Source: Planctomycetota bacterium (GTDB taxonomy: Bacteria > Planctomycetota > B15-G4). From it: a stretch of DNA of 64,000 bases. The translations under genes and the position numbers were made by a program. This document shows, piece after piece, positions 1 to 10,203 of the stretch. The stretch covers positions 96,001 to 160,000 of the forward strand of contig JBBQUR010000007.1 in assembly GCA_038212275.1 (NCBI GenBank). Reading direction: 5' to 3'. Below the pieces are notes generated by a model. The model saw nothing but the letters and a program-made list of their open reading frames with translations, made no database searches and was not told the DNA's origin. Within the stretch, counting starts at the first letter, position 1. Each line of letters starts with the position of its first letter.

Positions 1-24
1 GCTCGCGGTGCGAGCACCACGCGC

Positions 25-1803
25 TCAGTGTTCACGGGCGGACGGCCGCCACGTGAGCTGCACTTCGTCACCCTGCACGGTGACCTCGGCCCCGGCGTCC
101 GCAAGCGAGACGCGCAGGGACTCGATCGACGCGGCGGCCCCGGAGACGATCGTCATCGCGCGCGCGTCGCGCGCCTGACGAAAGGCGGCGAGTTCAGTGT
201 CGGGCTGCGCAGCGACCTCGCCAGGCATGGCCCAGACGATGTCGTCCGCGAATGCGTAGCTCAGCGCGACGGCACCGTCCGCAGCGCGCAGTGCGGTCAC
301 GCCGTCGGCGCGCACCTCGGACTCGAGCTTGCCGCTGAAGCCCTCGACGTTGGCGCTGGAGAGCAGCGGCTCGAGCCAGTGACGCCACGCTTCGGCATCG
401 CGGCCGAGACCGGGCGAGAGACTGCCCATCAGCAGCAGGTCGCCCTCCTGCGTTCGGACGACGGCGAGCAGACCGCTCCACGCGTCGAGAAGCCCGGACA
501 ATTCGTCGAGGTAGCGCTGCGAAGGCGGCCCGCGGCCCTTGACCACCTCGGCGATCGGGCGGCACCACTGCGCGAAGGAGGATGAGAAGCGCTTCGGGTC
601 GGCCGCGAGCACGAGCAGCGCGCCATCCATCGTCGGCGCGGGAGCTGCCGCGTCGAGCAGCGGACGCAGGGGCGAAGCCGCGGAGACCTGCATGCGCACA
701 CGCAGCTCCGGCAGCTCGAGAAACGTCTCCCAGAGATCGCCGAACGCCGGCGGCCGGCGATGAGAGCTGCGCTCTTCATCCGGATCCGGAATCTCGCTGC
801 GGTCGAGGCGCTCCCAGAACTCAGGCGAGGCATCCGCCGAGAACTGCAGCGCTTCGACGTCGCCAAAGGCCAGCATGTCCTTCAGCGCCCAGAGCAGCTC
901 CCAATTCGGCAGCCTCCCGCCATCGGCGGGACGACCGCTTTCGCCGTGCGACATCATCGCGGCGGCGCCGAGTGCGCCTGCCGTGCCCGCACCGCTCATC
1001 AGCGAGCGCAACTGGCTCTCCGAACGGGCGATCTCATCCGCGTACGCGAGGCGCAGCCGCGCGAGATTCAGACTGGTGACGACAGTGTGCGGCGGCGCCT
1101 TCGAAAACCCGCCCGTCGCACGCACGACGCGTCGGCATGCGCCGACCGCCTCGAAGGACGGCGCGAGGATGGCGTGGTCGCCTTCGTCCGCGAGGTCGAA
1201 TCCGAAGCTCGTCCGGGGTGCGTCCGCCATGGATGTGAGCATGGACAGCGGCGTGCCGCCCTGCATGCGCGCGAACAGCATCGAGGCGCCGAGCAGGGGG
1301 CTGTCGGGCGGAACGTCGTAGCGGTAGCGGCCATTGCCGAGGGCGCTGAGCGTCGTGCACTCGTTCAACGAAGCCTGAAATGCCTTGCGGTCGTCGATCG
1401 GAAGCAGGATCGCGACGGGCCCGCCGTAGGTCTTCTCGTCGAGGTGCACGAGGACCAGCGGCGCGCCATGCCGAAGGCCGCGCGGCTCCCAATCGGTCAG
1501 GCCGCGCAGCATCGCCGCCTGCACGTCGTCGGGCAGCGTGAGCGCCGTGTAGGCAAGCAGTCCCGGTTCGTCCAGCGACAATGGCCAGGCCTCGGTCGTC
1601 GCGACGGGCAGCTGCTCAGTGCAGCCGTCGAGCAGGAGGCCCAGCGCGACGACGAGCAGGCAGGCATTCTGCGCGGCTGCCCGCAGCCAGGACGCCGCGC
1701 GCCGACCGCACGCGCCTTGCGCGCCATGGCCGAAATCCTCCATGCCGCGGGCGGCGGAGTCATCGGCACGACGGCGGGCGGGACGCGCTGTCACGCGAGG
1801 CAT
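25..1803 (-). CDS. Hypothetical exported/lipoprotein
   Basis: 3' part of ORF 25..3285; the upstream part is the antisense shadow of queG/tatD. Start ATG at 1803 or 1743; hydrophobic stretch LLVVALGLLLDGC resembles a lipobox. Confidence 0.55.
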   Translation of the reverse strand: MPRVTARPARRRADDSAARGMEDFGHGAQGACGRRAASWLRAAAQNACLLVVALGLLLDGCTEQLPVATTEAWPLSLDEPGLLAYTALTLPDDVQAAMLRGLTDWEPRGLRHGAPLVLVHLDEKTYGGPVAILLPIDDRKAFQASLNECTTLSALGNGRYRYDVPPDSPLLGASMLFARMQGGTPLSMLTSMADAPRTSFGFDLADEGDHAILAPSFEAVGACRRVVRATGGFSKAPPHTVVTSLNLARLRLAYADEIARSESQLRSLMSGAGTAGALGAAAMMSHGESGRPADGGRLPNWELLWALKDMLAFGDVEALQFSADASPEFWERLDRSEIPDPDEERSSHRRPPAFGDLWETFLELPELRVRMQVSAASPLRPLLDAAAPAPTMDGALLVLAADPKRFSSSFAQWCRPIAEVVKGRGPPSQRYLDELSGLLDAWSGLLAVVRTQEGDLLLMGSLSPGLGRDAEAWRHWLEPLLSSANVEGFSGKLESEVRADGVTALRAADGAVALSYAFADDIVWAMPGEVAAQPDTELAAFRQARDARAMTIVSGAAASIESLRVSLADAGAEVTVQGDEVQLTWRPSAREH

Positions 1804-1842
1804 GGTACAGAAGGGGCGGCACCGGAGAGTGGTGACGGATCC

Positions 1843-2829
1843 GTGGATGCAGGCGTCGAAACTCGCGAGACGGTGCGGCGGATGCTGCTGGCCAGGGGCT
1901 TCTCGCGCGTGGGCTTCACCGGCGCGGAGCCCGTGGCCGATCACGTCAGCGCGTGGGTTGCCGGCGGACTCCACGCGGGGATGGCATGGATGGCGCGCGA
2001 CAGCGCGGCGCGTGCCGATCCCCGCACGCTGCTGCCCGGAGCGCTCTCGGTGATCTGCGTCGCGGTGTCCTATCCCGCGACCGACGGACGCGGCCCCGTG
2101 GCCGGCTATGCCCGCAGCGAGGATTATCACCGCACCCTGAAGGCCGCGTTGCGCGATGGCGTCGCCGGACTCGAGACGCTGCTGCCCGGACTGCAATCGC
2201 GCGTCTGCGTGGACACCGCGCCGCTGCTCGAGCGGGCACTCGCCGCGCGCGCGGGCCTCGGCTGGATCGGTCGCAACACGCTGCTGCTCGACGAGACGCA
2301 CGGGCCGTGGATGCTCCTCGGCGAGATTCTCGTGGACGTGCGTTTTCCGCCGGACGCCCCCGCCGTGGACCGCTGCGGCACGTGCACGGCGTGCCTGACG
2401 GCCTGTCCGACACAGGCTTTGGACGAGCGACGCATCCTCGACGCGCGGCGCTGTCTCTCGTACTGGAGCATCGAGCACCGCGGCGAGATCCCCGAGCCGT
2501 TTGCCACGGCGCTCGGCGATCGCGTCTTCGGCTGCGATGATTGCCTGACTGCCTGTCCCTTCCCGGCACGCCGCGTCCGCACGGTGCCCGACGTCGAGGC
2601 AGCACCCTTCCAGCCGCGACCCGATCTCGTGGCGCCGACGCTGGACGAGCTGCAGGCACGCGCGGAGACCTCGTTTCGAAGGCATTTCGCAAGCACACCG
2701 ATCGAGCGGACGAGGCGCACCGGCCTGCTGCGCAACCTCGCGCTCGCACGTCGCAATGCCCGGACGCGTGCCGCGGACGCCCCGCAGACCGCGCGTCCGG
2801 ACGGCGCGCCACCTGCTGCGGATGGCTAG
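1843..2829 (+). CDS. queG: tRNA epoxyqueuosine reductase QueG
   Basis: HAGMAWMAR, YARSEDYH, VDTAPLLER..A..AGLGWIGRN, CGTCTACLTACP and FGCDDCLTACP 4Fe-4S motifs. GTG start at 1843 within ORF 760..2829. Confidence 0.92.
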   Translation: MDAGVETRETVRRMLLARGFSRVGFTGAEPVADHVSAWVAGGLHAGMAWMARDSAARADPRTLLPGALSVICVAVSYPATDGRGPVAGYARSEDYHRTLKAALRDGVAGLETLLPGLQSRVCVDTAPLLERALAARAGLGWIGRNTLLLDETHGPWMLLGEILVDVRFPPDAPAVDRCGTCTACLTACPTQALDERRILDARRCLSYWSIEHRGEIPEPFATALGDRVFGCDDCLTACPFPARRVRTVPDVEAAPFQPRPDLVAPTLDELQARAETSFRRHFASTPIERTRRTGLLRNLALARRNARTRAADAPQTARPDGAPPAADG

Positions 2830-2862
2830 AATGCCCGCCCATCTCCCGATCAGGATCCACCG

Positions 2863-3687
2863 ATGAAGATCTTCGAGCCCCACATCCACATGTACTCGCG
2901 CAACACGCGCGACTACGCCGAGATGGCCACTGCCGGCATCACCTCGCTCCTCGAGCCGGGCGGCTTCTGGCTCGGCTACGAGCGCAAGCATCCCGAGACG
3001 TGCCTGGAGTACTTCGATCACCTGATCCACTTCGAGCACACGCGTGCCGCCAAGGCCGGCATCCAGTACCACTGCACCTTTGCGCTCAACCCCAAGGAAG
3101 CGCACACGCCGGCCATCCGCGAACGCGTCCTGGCCGAGTTGCCGAAGTACCTCGCTCATCCGCTGTGCCCCGCACTCGGCGAGGTCGGTTACGACAAGAT
3201 CGATGCGATCGAGGAGCAGGTCGTCCTGCAGCAGCTCGAACTCGCAAAGACGATGAAGCTTCCGGTGCTGGTGCACACGCCGCACGTCGAAAAGAAGCGC
3301 GGGACCGAGCGACTCATCGCGAACGTGCGCGACGTGGGGATTTCACCGGATCTCGTCGAGATCGACCATTGCACCGAGGAGGTCATCGGCCTCGTGGTGG
3401 ACGCGGGGCTCTGGGCCGGCTTCACGATCTATCCGGTGACCAAGCTCTCCCCGGAACGCGCCGTCTCCATCTTCAAGCAGTACGGCACGGAGCGCATGCT
3501 CGTGAACAGCTCCGCGGACTGGGGGCCTTCCGATCCGCTCTCGGTGCCGAAGCTCGCCGTGCTGATGCGGCAATCCGGCTTCGCCGAGGACGTCGTGCAG
3601 CGGCTTGTCTGGGACAACCCGGTGCGCTTCTTCGGTCAGTCGGGCAAGCTCACCGAGCAGCCAATTCACGACGAGGCGGTTGCTTGA
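2863..3687 (+). CDS. TatD-family metal-dependent hydrolase (EboB-like subfamily)
   Basis: EPHIH, FWLG..R, ALNPKEA, GEVGYD, VHTPH, IDH and NSSADWG motifs. Confidence 0.85.
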   Translation: MKIFEPHIHMYSRNTRDYAEMATAGITSLLEPGGFWLGYERKHPETCLEYFDHLIHFEHTRAAKAGIQYHCTFALNPKEAHTPAIRERVLAELPKYLAHPLCPALGEVGYDKIDAIEEQVVLQQLELAKTMKLPVLVHTPHVEKKRGTERLIANVRDVGISPDLVEIDHCTEEVIGLVVDAGLWAGFTIYPVTKLSPERAVSIFKQYGTERMLVNSSADWGPSDPLSVPKLAVLMRQSGFAEDVVQRLVWDNPVRFFGQSGKLTEQPIHDEAVA

Positions 3688-4676
3688 CGAGGCGCATCCG
3701 GCACGGCGCCGTCACTGCGCTCCTGCTGCTCGCGGCATGCACGGAGCACGCGGCGCACGACGAGGCGTCGGTGTCGGCGAGCGCCTCGCCCCCCGCAGCC
3801 GCGACGCCTGCGCCGCCAGCCGATTCCGCCGCCCACGCTCCCGCCGCATCGCCATCGACAGTTGCAGCGGCACCGGCATCTGCATCGGCATCTGCATCGG
3901 CATCTGCACCGGCATCTGCATCGGCATCTGCAGCGCAATCGGCACCGGCACCGGCACCGGCAGCGGCACCGGCAGCGGCACCAGTCGACACCGGCGACGA
4001 TCAACCTGCCGCGCTGCCGCTGTCCTGGCCAACCCCGCTCCCTGTGGCCGCGCCGGACGTCCCCTGGCTGCAGAAGGGTCTGATCGTCGGCACCTGGGCA
4101 GCCGAGGCACCGTCGGACTTCGAGCACTCATGGCTCGATGAGTCGGCGCTCCGCGTTGTCTTCACCGGGGAGGCGGCGGGCCGCCGCAAGTGGCGTGGCT
4201 TCGCCTCGGCCGGCGACAGCGTTCCGGTCGACAGTCTGCTGAAGGACCGCGAAGGCGGCGCGATGGCCTATCTCTACAGCCTGCTGTCCCGCCCGACACC
4301 CCCCGAGGGCATCGCCGACGAGGCAGCCGTGCTGCATGTCCGCCACAAGGGCCGGCTGCGCGCCTGGTGGGACGGCGCGCTCGTGCTGGACGCGCAGGCG
4401 CCGACCGACGGCTGGGCGGAATCGCGCGCGCCCGTTCCGCTGACGGGACCTTATGACGTGCTGCTGCTCAAGATTGCGCGCGGCCCGGGGCTCGGATCCT
4501 CGATGGATTTCTCCGTCCAGGTCAGTGCGACCGATGGACACCCGATCCTCGATCAGGCGTGGAAGACGATGCGCCCGCCCAGCCTGCCCACGGACCTTCC
4601 TCCCGCCGAGACGCCGGTGCCCGAGGCTCCTGCCGACGAGGCGCCGTCATCCGACGATGTCCCGCAGGGACACTGA
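3684..4676 (+). CDS. Hypothetical lipoprotein with Ala/Ser/Pro linker
   Basis: TTG start overlaps the tatD stop (TTGA); LLLLAAC lipobox; low-complexity ASASAP linker followed by a beta-rich domain. Confidence 0.65.
   Translation: MTRRIRHGAVTALLLLAACTEHAAHDEASVSASASPPAAATPAPPADSAAHAPAASPSTVAAAPASASASASASAPASASASAAQSAPAPAPAAAPAAAPVDTGDDQPAALPLSWPTPLPVAAPDVPWLQKGLIVGTWAAEAPSDFEHSWLDESALRVVFTGEAAGRRKWRGFASAGDSVPVDSLLKDREGGAMAYLYSLLSRPTPPEGIADEAAVLHVRHKGRLRAWWDGALVLDAQAPTDGWAESRAPVPLTGPYDVLLLKIARGPGLGSSMDFSVQVSATDGHPILDQAWKTMRPPSLPTDLPPAETPVPEAPADEAPSSDDVPQGH
3868..3982 (+). repeat. Coding hexamer repeats (GCATCG/GCATCT/GCACCG)
   Basis: Encodes the ASASASAP/APAP linker. Confidence 0.8.
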
Positions 4677-4734
4677 CTCACGGCCATCGCGCGGTCTCGC
4701 GCAGCGGTGATCGCGTTTCGCGCACCGGCATGCC

Positions 4735-4790
4735 GGTGCGGTGCGGTGCGGTGCGGTAAGGCACGACACTCCGTGGTGCGGTGCGGTGCG
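4735..4790. repeat. (GGTGC)n pentamer tracts between convergent genes
   Basis: Two GGTGC runs are visible in the 4676/4812 intergenic gap. Confidence 0.85.
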
Positions 4791-4811
4791 GCGCAACACG
4801 CCGCGGCGGCG

Positions 4812-5735
4812 TCAGGCTGCAGCGATCGTCGCGAGTCGGCCGAGCTGCCACATGAGGAGTCGGTTGCGACCGCTCTCCTTTGCCTTGTACAGCGCGTTGT
4901 CGGCCCGATCCACGAGCGTGTCCAGCGTGTCGTCTCCCTCGAGACTGGCCACGCCGCACGAGACCGTGACGGGCACGTCCACGCCGGCCGCGCGCACCGC
5001 GATCGGCACCGCCGCGAGCCTGGCGCGGAAGCGTTCGACGATGCCGGCCGCGAGGGCGATGTCCGTCTGCGCGAAGGCGAAGAGGAATTCCTCGCCGCCC
5101 CAGCGCAGCACGATGTCCGTGGAACGCGAGGCGTTGCGCAGCTCCGAGGCCACCTTCACGAGGACATCATCGCCCGCCGCATGGCCCAGCGTGTCGTTGA
5201 TGCGCTTGAAGTGATCGATGTCGATCATCGCGACGGAGAGCGTGCCGCCGTAGCGCCGGCAGCGCTCGAGCTCCTGAGTCAGGCGGTCCACGCCGAAGCG
5301 GCGATTGTTGAGACCCGTGAGCGGATCGGTGCGTGAGTCGCGCTCGAGTTCGACGTGCCTGGTCTTCTGTTTCGCGAGGCGGCGCACCGTGGCGCAGAGC
5401 ACTTCGTCGTCCCACGGCTTGGAGAGATACGCCGCAGCGCCGGCTTCGAGGTTCGCCAGGTGATCCTGCTTCTCGGTGCTGCCCGTGAGAATCACCACCG
5501 GCACGGAACTCAACTCGGCGCTCGCCTGAATCGTCGTGACGAGCGTGCACCCATCCACCAGCGGCATCTTGAGGTCGGAGACGACGACGTCGAAGCCATG
5601 GCCTGGCCCGAGCTTCTCCAGCGCCTCTGCTCCGTCCTTCGCGGTTACCGTCTCGAAGCCGCTTGCGGTCAGCGACTTCTCGAGCGCGTATCGAACCGTG
5701 GCCGCGTCGTCGACAATCAGCACGCGAATGCTCAT
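4812..5735 (-). CDS. Response-regulator diguanylate cyclase (REC-GGDEF, WspR-like)
   Basis: REC domain (VLIVDD, SDLKMP, YLSKP); TDPLTGLNNRR; DIDHFKRIND.LGH; RxxD I-site RSTD; RWGGEEF. Confidence 0.92.
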   Translation of the reverse strand: MSIRVLIVDDAATVRYALEKSLTASGFETVTAKDGAEALEKLGPGHGFDVVVSDLKMPLVDGCTLVTTIQASAELSSVPVVILTGSTEKQDHLANLEAGAAAYLSKPWDDEVLCATVRRLAKQKTRHVELERDSRTDPLTGLNNRRFGVDRLTQELERCRRYGGTLSVAMIDIDHFKRINDTLGHAAGDDVLVKVASELRNASRSTDIVLRWGGEEFLFAFAQTDIALAAGIVERFRARLAAVPIAVRAAGVDVPVTVSCGVASLEGDDTLDTLVDRADNALYKAKESGRNRLLMWQLGRLATIAAA

Positions 5736-7906
5736 GGGATGGATTCCTGAGGGAGTGAGAAGGCGGACTGGAGCGCCGAGAGAATGCGCTCGCAGAGTTG
5801 TTCGTCCTTGGCGATGTACGCAGCGGCGCCAAGTTCCTTCGCGCGCTGCGCGGACACCTCGTCGGGCCAGGCGGTCATGAGCACGAAGGGCTGTTGCGCA
5901 GCCGTGCGGGCGAGCAGCTGAAAGCCGTCATGGCGCGGCATCTGCACGTCGGAAACGATCGCGTCACAGGGTTGCACCGCGAGGCGCTCAAGGGCCGTCA
6001 GGCCGTCTTCCGCAAGGACCACCTGATAACCCGCAGCAGTGAGGTCGGCCTGCAGTTTGGCGCGAAGCGTTGCGCTGTCGTCCACGAGCAGCACCCGCCG
6101 CTGCGTGGTCGCATCCCTGCGGTTTCCATCGGACGCGTTGTTCGGGCTGCTGCACGCATCGGCCAGGGCGCGCGCATCCAGAATGAAGGCCGGCTGGCCA
6201 CCGGGAAGGATGGTAGCGCCCTCGACGAAGTTCACCCGGCCCAGATGTGCGCCCACCGAGCGGCGCACCACCTCGAGGCGCTCGAGCACGCCGTCCACCG
6301 CGATCGAGACGGCACCGTTGCGACCGCGCAGGCTCACGATGTGCGTCGGGCGGCCGGCGGGCGGATGGCCCAGCAACCCCGCCAGCGAAGTGGACAGCGT
6401 GGCGTCTCCGTCTCCGCCCGACAGGCCGCTCAGCGGCAGCACGTACGCGCTGCCGCCCGCTTCGACGACAAGTCCTTCGACGAGCGAGAGGCGAAGCGGA
6501 AGGTGAAGCGCAATCGTCGTGCCGCGGCCCTTCTCGCTTTCCAGCTCCACGTCGCCGCGAAGCTGGTCCGCGACGACTGCGAGCGTGCCGAGTCCGAGAC
6601 CGCGACCGGAAATCTGAGTCACCTGATCGCGCGTCGAAAGGCCTGATCGCAGCAGGAGCTGAAGGAGCTGGCGTTCGTCCGCGCCGTGGGCCCGGTCGCC
6701 AAGGCGCGCTCGCACTGCCACGTGGTCGATGCCGCGGCCGTCGTCGCCGACGAGGACGACGAGGCGGTCGCCTTCCTCGGCAAAGCGCAGGCGCAGGCTG
6801 CCGGTCGGACTCTTGCCCGCCGCGATGCGCTCGTCGGGCGACTCGAGCCCGTGGTCGACGGCGTTGCGGAGCGCGTGAGTCAGTGGCGCCTTCAGCGCCT
6901 CGACGACCGCCATGTCCATGTGCAGGTCACGGCCTTCGACGTGCAGCTCGACGCGCCTGCCCAGCGCGGCGGCAGCATCGCGCACGGCGCGCTCGAGGTG
7001 CACGACCAGTGGCGCGACGGACACAAGGCACAGGCCGCGGGCGTGATCGTCCAGCGCACGCGCGTTGCTCCAGGACTGGCGCAGCGACTCCCGCAGCGCA
7101 TTCGTCGTCGCGCGCAGCTGCGTGATCGCGGCGCTGAGCTCGCCGCTGGCGCGCGCGATGTCGCGCGGACCGGCGCCGGCACGCGGCAGGCGCACGGACT
7201 CCAGCCCGGAGAGGGCGTCCGCGAGCTCCTCCGCGCGTTCGCCGGCACGCTGGTTGTTGAAGAGGGTCATCGCGACGTCTTCGGTCACCGTCTCGATCGC
7301 GGTGCGGAGGATGCGCAGCGTCTCGCCGCGCAGGGCTCCCGCGGGCACGATGGCCGCCGGCGTGGAGGCTCCATGCAGGAAAGGCTGGCTGGAAACGTGT
7401 TCCGTGTCGGCGGGTGCAGCGGCTTGTCCGGTCACCAGCACCGGCTTCACTCGCGAGGCGCCCGTCGCGGCACCTGGACGGGACGACGGCGCAGGCGGGT
7501 TCGGGCTCCCGCCTGAAACCGTTGCCGGCGCTTCAAGCTCTGCGATCTGCAGTTCCGCCCGTTGCACGACCTCGGCCTCCTTTGGCTGCAGCGCAAGCTC
7601 GCGAAGCGCGTCGCTCGCGCGCAGCGCGCTGTCGATGTCGTGGAAGTCGATGCGCTCGCGACGGCGCCAGCCGAGGAGGCGGTGCTCAAGGGCGTGCGCG
7701 AGGCGCGCCACGATGTCGTAACCGACGACGCGGGCGCTCCCCTTGAGGTCGTGCGCGAGACGGAGCAGGTCCTCCAGGCGGCGGGCGCCATCCGGAGCAT
7801 GCTGCTCGATCTGCAGCAGGTGCTCGTGGAAGGTGCCGACGGCTTCGCAGACCTCCGTCTCGAAGATGCCGATCAGCACGGGATCAGGGGCCACGGGCGC
7901 GCTCAT
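5732..7906 (-). CDS. cheA: Hybrid CheA histidine kinase (Hpt-HATPase-CheW-REC)
   Basis: AHDLKG Hpt; HALRNAVDHGLE; DDGRGID; SGRGLG; C-terminal REC (VLLVDD, SDVQMP). Confidence 0.9.
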   Translation of the reverse strand: MSAPVAPDPVLIGIFETEVCEAVGTFHEHLLQIEQHAPDGARRLEDLLRLAHDLKGSARVVGYDIVARLAHALEHRLLGWRRRERIDFHDIDSALRASDALRELALQPKEAEVVQRAELQIAELEAPATVSGGSPNPPAPSSRPGAATGASRVKPVLVTGQAAAPADTEHVSSQPFLHGASTPAAIVPAGALRGETLRILRTAIETVTEDVAMTLFNNQRAGERAEELADALSGLESVRLPRAGAGPRDIARASGELSAAITQLRATTNALRESLRQSWSNARALDDHARGLCLVSVAPLVVHLERAVRDAAAALGRRVELHVEGRDLHMDMAVVEALKAPLTHALRNAVDHGLESPDERIAAGKSPTGSLRLRFAEEGDRLVVLVGDDGRGIDHVAVRARLGDRAHGADERQLLQLLLRSGLSTRDQVTQISGRGLGLGTLAVVADQLRGDVELESEKGRGTTIALHLPLRLSLVEGLVVEAGGSAYVLPLSGLSGGDGDATLSTSLAGLLGHPPAGRPTHIVSLRGRNGAVSIAVDGVLERLEVVRRSVGAHLGRVNFVEGATILPGGQPAFILDARALADACSSPNNASDGNRRDATTQRRVLLVDDSATLRAKLQADLTAAGYQVVLAEDGLTALERLAVQPCDAIVSDVQMPRHDGFQLLARTAAQQPFVLMTAWPDEVSAQRAKELGAAAYIAKDEQLCERILSALQSAFSLPQESIP

Positions 7907-7925
7907 TGAAGTCCTCTCTGCGGGT

Positions 7926-9764
7926 TCATCCGACCCGCCACGTCTCGTTCATGTCTGCGCCCAGGCGCGCCAGCTCGTCGGCGGCGGCCACGACCTCGTG
8001 GAAGTTTCCGGCCGTCTCGCCGGCTCGCTGTTCGAGTTCCTCGATCGAAAGCACCACGCTCTTGAGCGAATCCGACTGCCGCGCGGCGGCTTGCTCGATC
8101 CCGTGCGAGCCACGTGTCGTCTCCTCGACCCAGCGCAGGATGCGGGCAAAGGCCGACTCCAGCTCCTCGAACGACGCGAGGCACTTGTCCACCTCGCGGC
8201 ATCCATCCTGGGTTGCGGACAGCGTCGTCTCGGAACTCTCCTGGATCTGCTCGATCAGCTGCTGGATGTCGCGTGTGCTCTCGAGGGCCAGGTCGGCGAG
8301 CTTGCGGATCTCGCCGGCAACCACGGAGAACTGCCGGCCGGACGAGCCGGCGCCAACCGCCTGGATGGCCGCGTTGACCGAGAGCGTGTTCGTCTCATTG
8401 CTGAGATGGTCGATGAACCCGAGGATCTTGCCGATATCCCCGCAGCGGCGTTCCAGTTCCTCCATCTGCAGGCTGATCTGCTCGACGCGGTCGCGCACCT
8501 CGAGGACGGCACGCTGGCTGAGCTCCGCCTTCTGGTTGCCCGACTGGCTGACCCATGCCGATTGCTCGGCGCTGTGTGCCAGAGCGCGCGTGGTATCCGC
8601 GATGGATTGGCTCGAAAGCCTGAGCGTCGAGGTCGAAGTCGTCAGCGTCCTGATCACGCGTGACTGCTCGTCGAGGGCGCGGCTGTTGCGGCGCACCAGT
8701 TCGCGAAGCCGCTCCACCGAGTGAAAGATCGAGTCGGTGGACTGGCGGATGTCACCCCAGATCCAGCGCGGGGCGAGGAAAGCGATCGCCAGCGCGAGCA
8801 TCACGCCCGACACCGCGATCCAGCCGACCAGCGAGCGCACGCGAGTGGCCATCGGCACGATGTGGTCGGGCGCCAGCAGGTCGGAGCGGTGTGCATGCAC
8901 CACCGCGCAGGCGACTGGCGTGCCGTAGGGGTCGCGCAGTGGCAGCATGGCCCAAGCGATGCTTCCGGCGGCGTCATAGGTCGCCTCATCGTTCGGCACG
9001 TCGTCCCCGGGCGAGCCCGGTCGCGGAGAGGCACCGAGACGTCGGAGCGCCTGAAGAGCTGCACTTTCAGCGCCCAGCATGGAAGAGTTCTGCCCGAACT
9101 GACTGCCTTCGTTGCGGGCGAGGCGCGTTCCGTCAGGCAAGTACACGGCTCGAACCGTGCGTGAACGATCGGGCAGGTTCTCAAGGAGGCCTGGCCCGGC
9201 GGCTGGCGTGACCTCGCGAAGCGCCAGGCCGCCGCTCTCGACGTCCCTTCCTTCGCCGAGCGTGCCTGCACGAGCGGGTTGGTAGGCCACCTGGAACAAT
9301 TCGGGCATGCCGTCGTCACCCGGCAGCACGGCATATCCTGCGAACTCGCGCCCGGCCTGCGCGAGATATGTCGCCAGCGTTCGCTCTTCCGGCGACATGG
9401 CCGGCGCTCCCCGGCCAGCAGCATCAACCGTCATGGTCCGCGCCGAAGGCGGCATGGCGCTGGATGGGAGGCCGCGGACGGGGGATTCGCGGGATTGCCC
9501 TGCCGCCTCACGAACCGCCATGAGCTTGAGGGCGGAAAGCGCGTGGTCGAGCGCCAGCTGGAAGCAGAGTGACTCTTCGCGAATCTGGATCTGCTCGCCC
9601 GTCGTGAGGCCATACATGCCTCGCCCCGACGTGGCGAGTCCGGCCTCGGGACTCGACTCGAGGGTCAGAAGTCCGACAAGTGCCATGGGAACGACCAGCA
9701 GCGCGATCAGCAGAAGCGCCAGCCGACCCCGCATGCTGGTGTGTCTTGCGAATCGGTAGCCCAT
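7926..9764 (-). CDS. Methyl-accepting chemotaxis protein
   Basis: Two TM segments flank a periplasmic domain; signalling hairpin ETNTLSVNAAIQAVGAG..GRQFSVVAGEIRKLA. Confidence 0.88.
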   Translation of the reverse strand: MGYRFARHTSMRGRLALLLIALLVVPMALVGLLTLESSPEAGLATSGRGMYGLTTGEQIQIREESLCFQLALDHALSALKLMAVREAAGQSRESPVRGLPSSAMPPSARTMTVDAAGRGAPAMSPEERTLATYLAQAGREFAGYAVLPGDDGMPELFQVAYQPARAGTLGEGRDVESGGLALREVTPAAGPGLLENLPDRSRTVRAVYLPDGTRLARNEGSQFGQNSSMLGAESAALQALRRLGASPRPGSPGDDVPNDEATYDAAGSIAWAMLPLRDPYGTPVACAVVHAHRSDLLAPDHIVPMATRVRSLVGWIAVSGVMLALAIAFLAPRWIWGDIRQSTDSIFHSVERLRELVRRNSRALDEQSRVIRTLTTSTSTLRLSSQSIADTTRALAHSAEQSAWVSQSGNQKAELSQRAVLEVRDRVEQISLQMEELERRCGDIGKILGFIDHLSNETNTLSVNAAIQAVGAGSSGRQFSVVAGEIRKLADLALESTRDIQQLIEQIQESSETTLSATQDGCREVDKCLASFEELESAFARILRWVEETTRGSHGIEQAAARQSDSLKSVVLSIEELEQRAGETAGNFHEVVAAADELARLGADMNETWRVG

Positions 9765-9768
9765 CGCG

Positions 9769-10203
9769 TCAGGCTGCTTCATTCGGAGCGGGCACAGACG
9801 CAGCTGCACCCGGCTGAAGCGCCGGATGGGCGGCAAGCGCCTCAGCATCCAGAACCAGGTCGGCGGTTCCGTCCCGATCATCGGTTCCCACGATGGCGTC
9901 CACGATCAGCGCCGTGTCGACCCGGAGGCCCGTCAGCACGACCAGCCATTTCGCCTGGCAGGGTCGGTAGCCGAAAAGCCTCCCCGCATCCAGGACCGTC
10001 AGGAGGCGGCCCCGCCACTGGATCAGCCCTACGAGCCAGACGCTGCCGCCAGGAACCGGAGTGATCTGCTGGACGCGCCCGACCTCAAGAACCACCGAGA
10101 ATGCACAGGCGAGCCGCTTGCCACCTGCCTCGACGAGCAGGCAGGAGGAACCGGGTGAATCCGCGGAGTTCTTCGAGTCGATGGAATGGGACATCCTTCC
10201 CAT
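9769..10203 (-). CDS. cheW: CheW-domain coupling protein
   Basis: ITPVPG..WLVGLIQWRGRLLTVLD motif. Confidence 0.85.
   Translation of the reverse strand: MGRMSHSIDSKNSADSPGSSCLLVEAGGKRLACAFSVVLEVGRVQQITPVPGGSVWLVGLIQWRGRLLTVLDAGRLFGYRPCQAKWLVVLTGLRVDTALIVDAIVGTDDRDGTADLVLDAEALAAHPALQPGAAASVPAPNEAA

Noticed and set aside
1804..3285. N-terminal ~490 aa of the 1086-aa minus ORF
   Set aside because: Antisense shadow of queG and tatD; stop codons are rare at this GC content.
3666..4131. Cys-Arg, Met-Pro-Gln and His-rich ORFs resembling metal-binding or RiPP precursor peptides
   Set aside because: Alternate-frame readings of the hexamer repeat that encodes an Ala/Ser/Pro linker.
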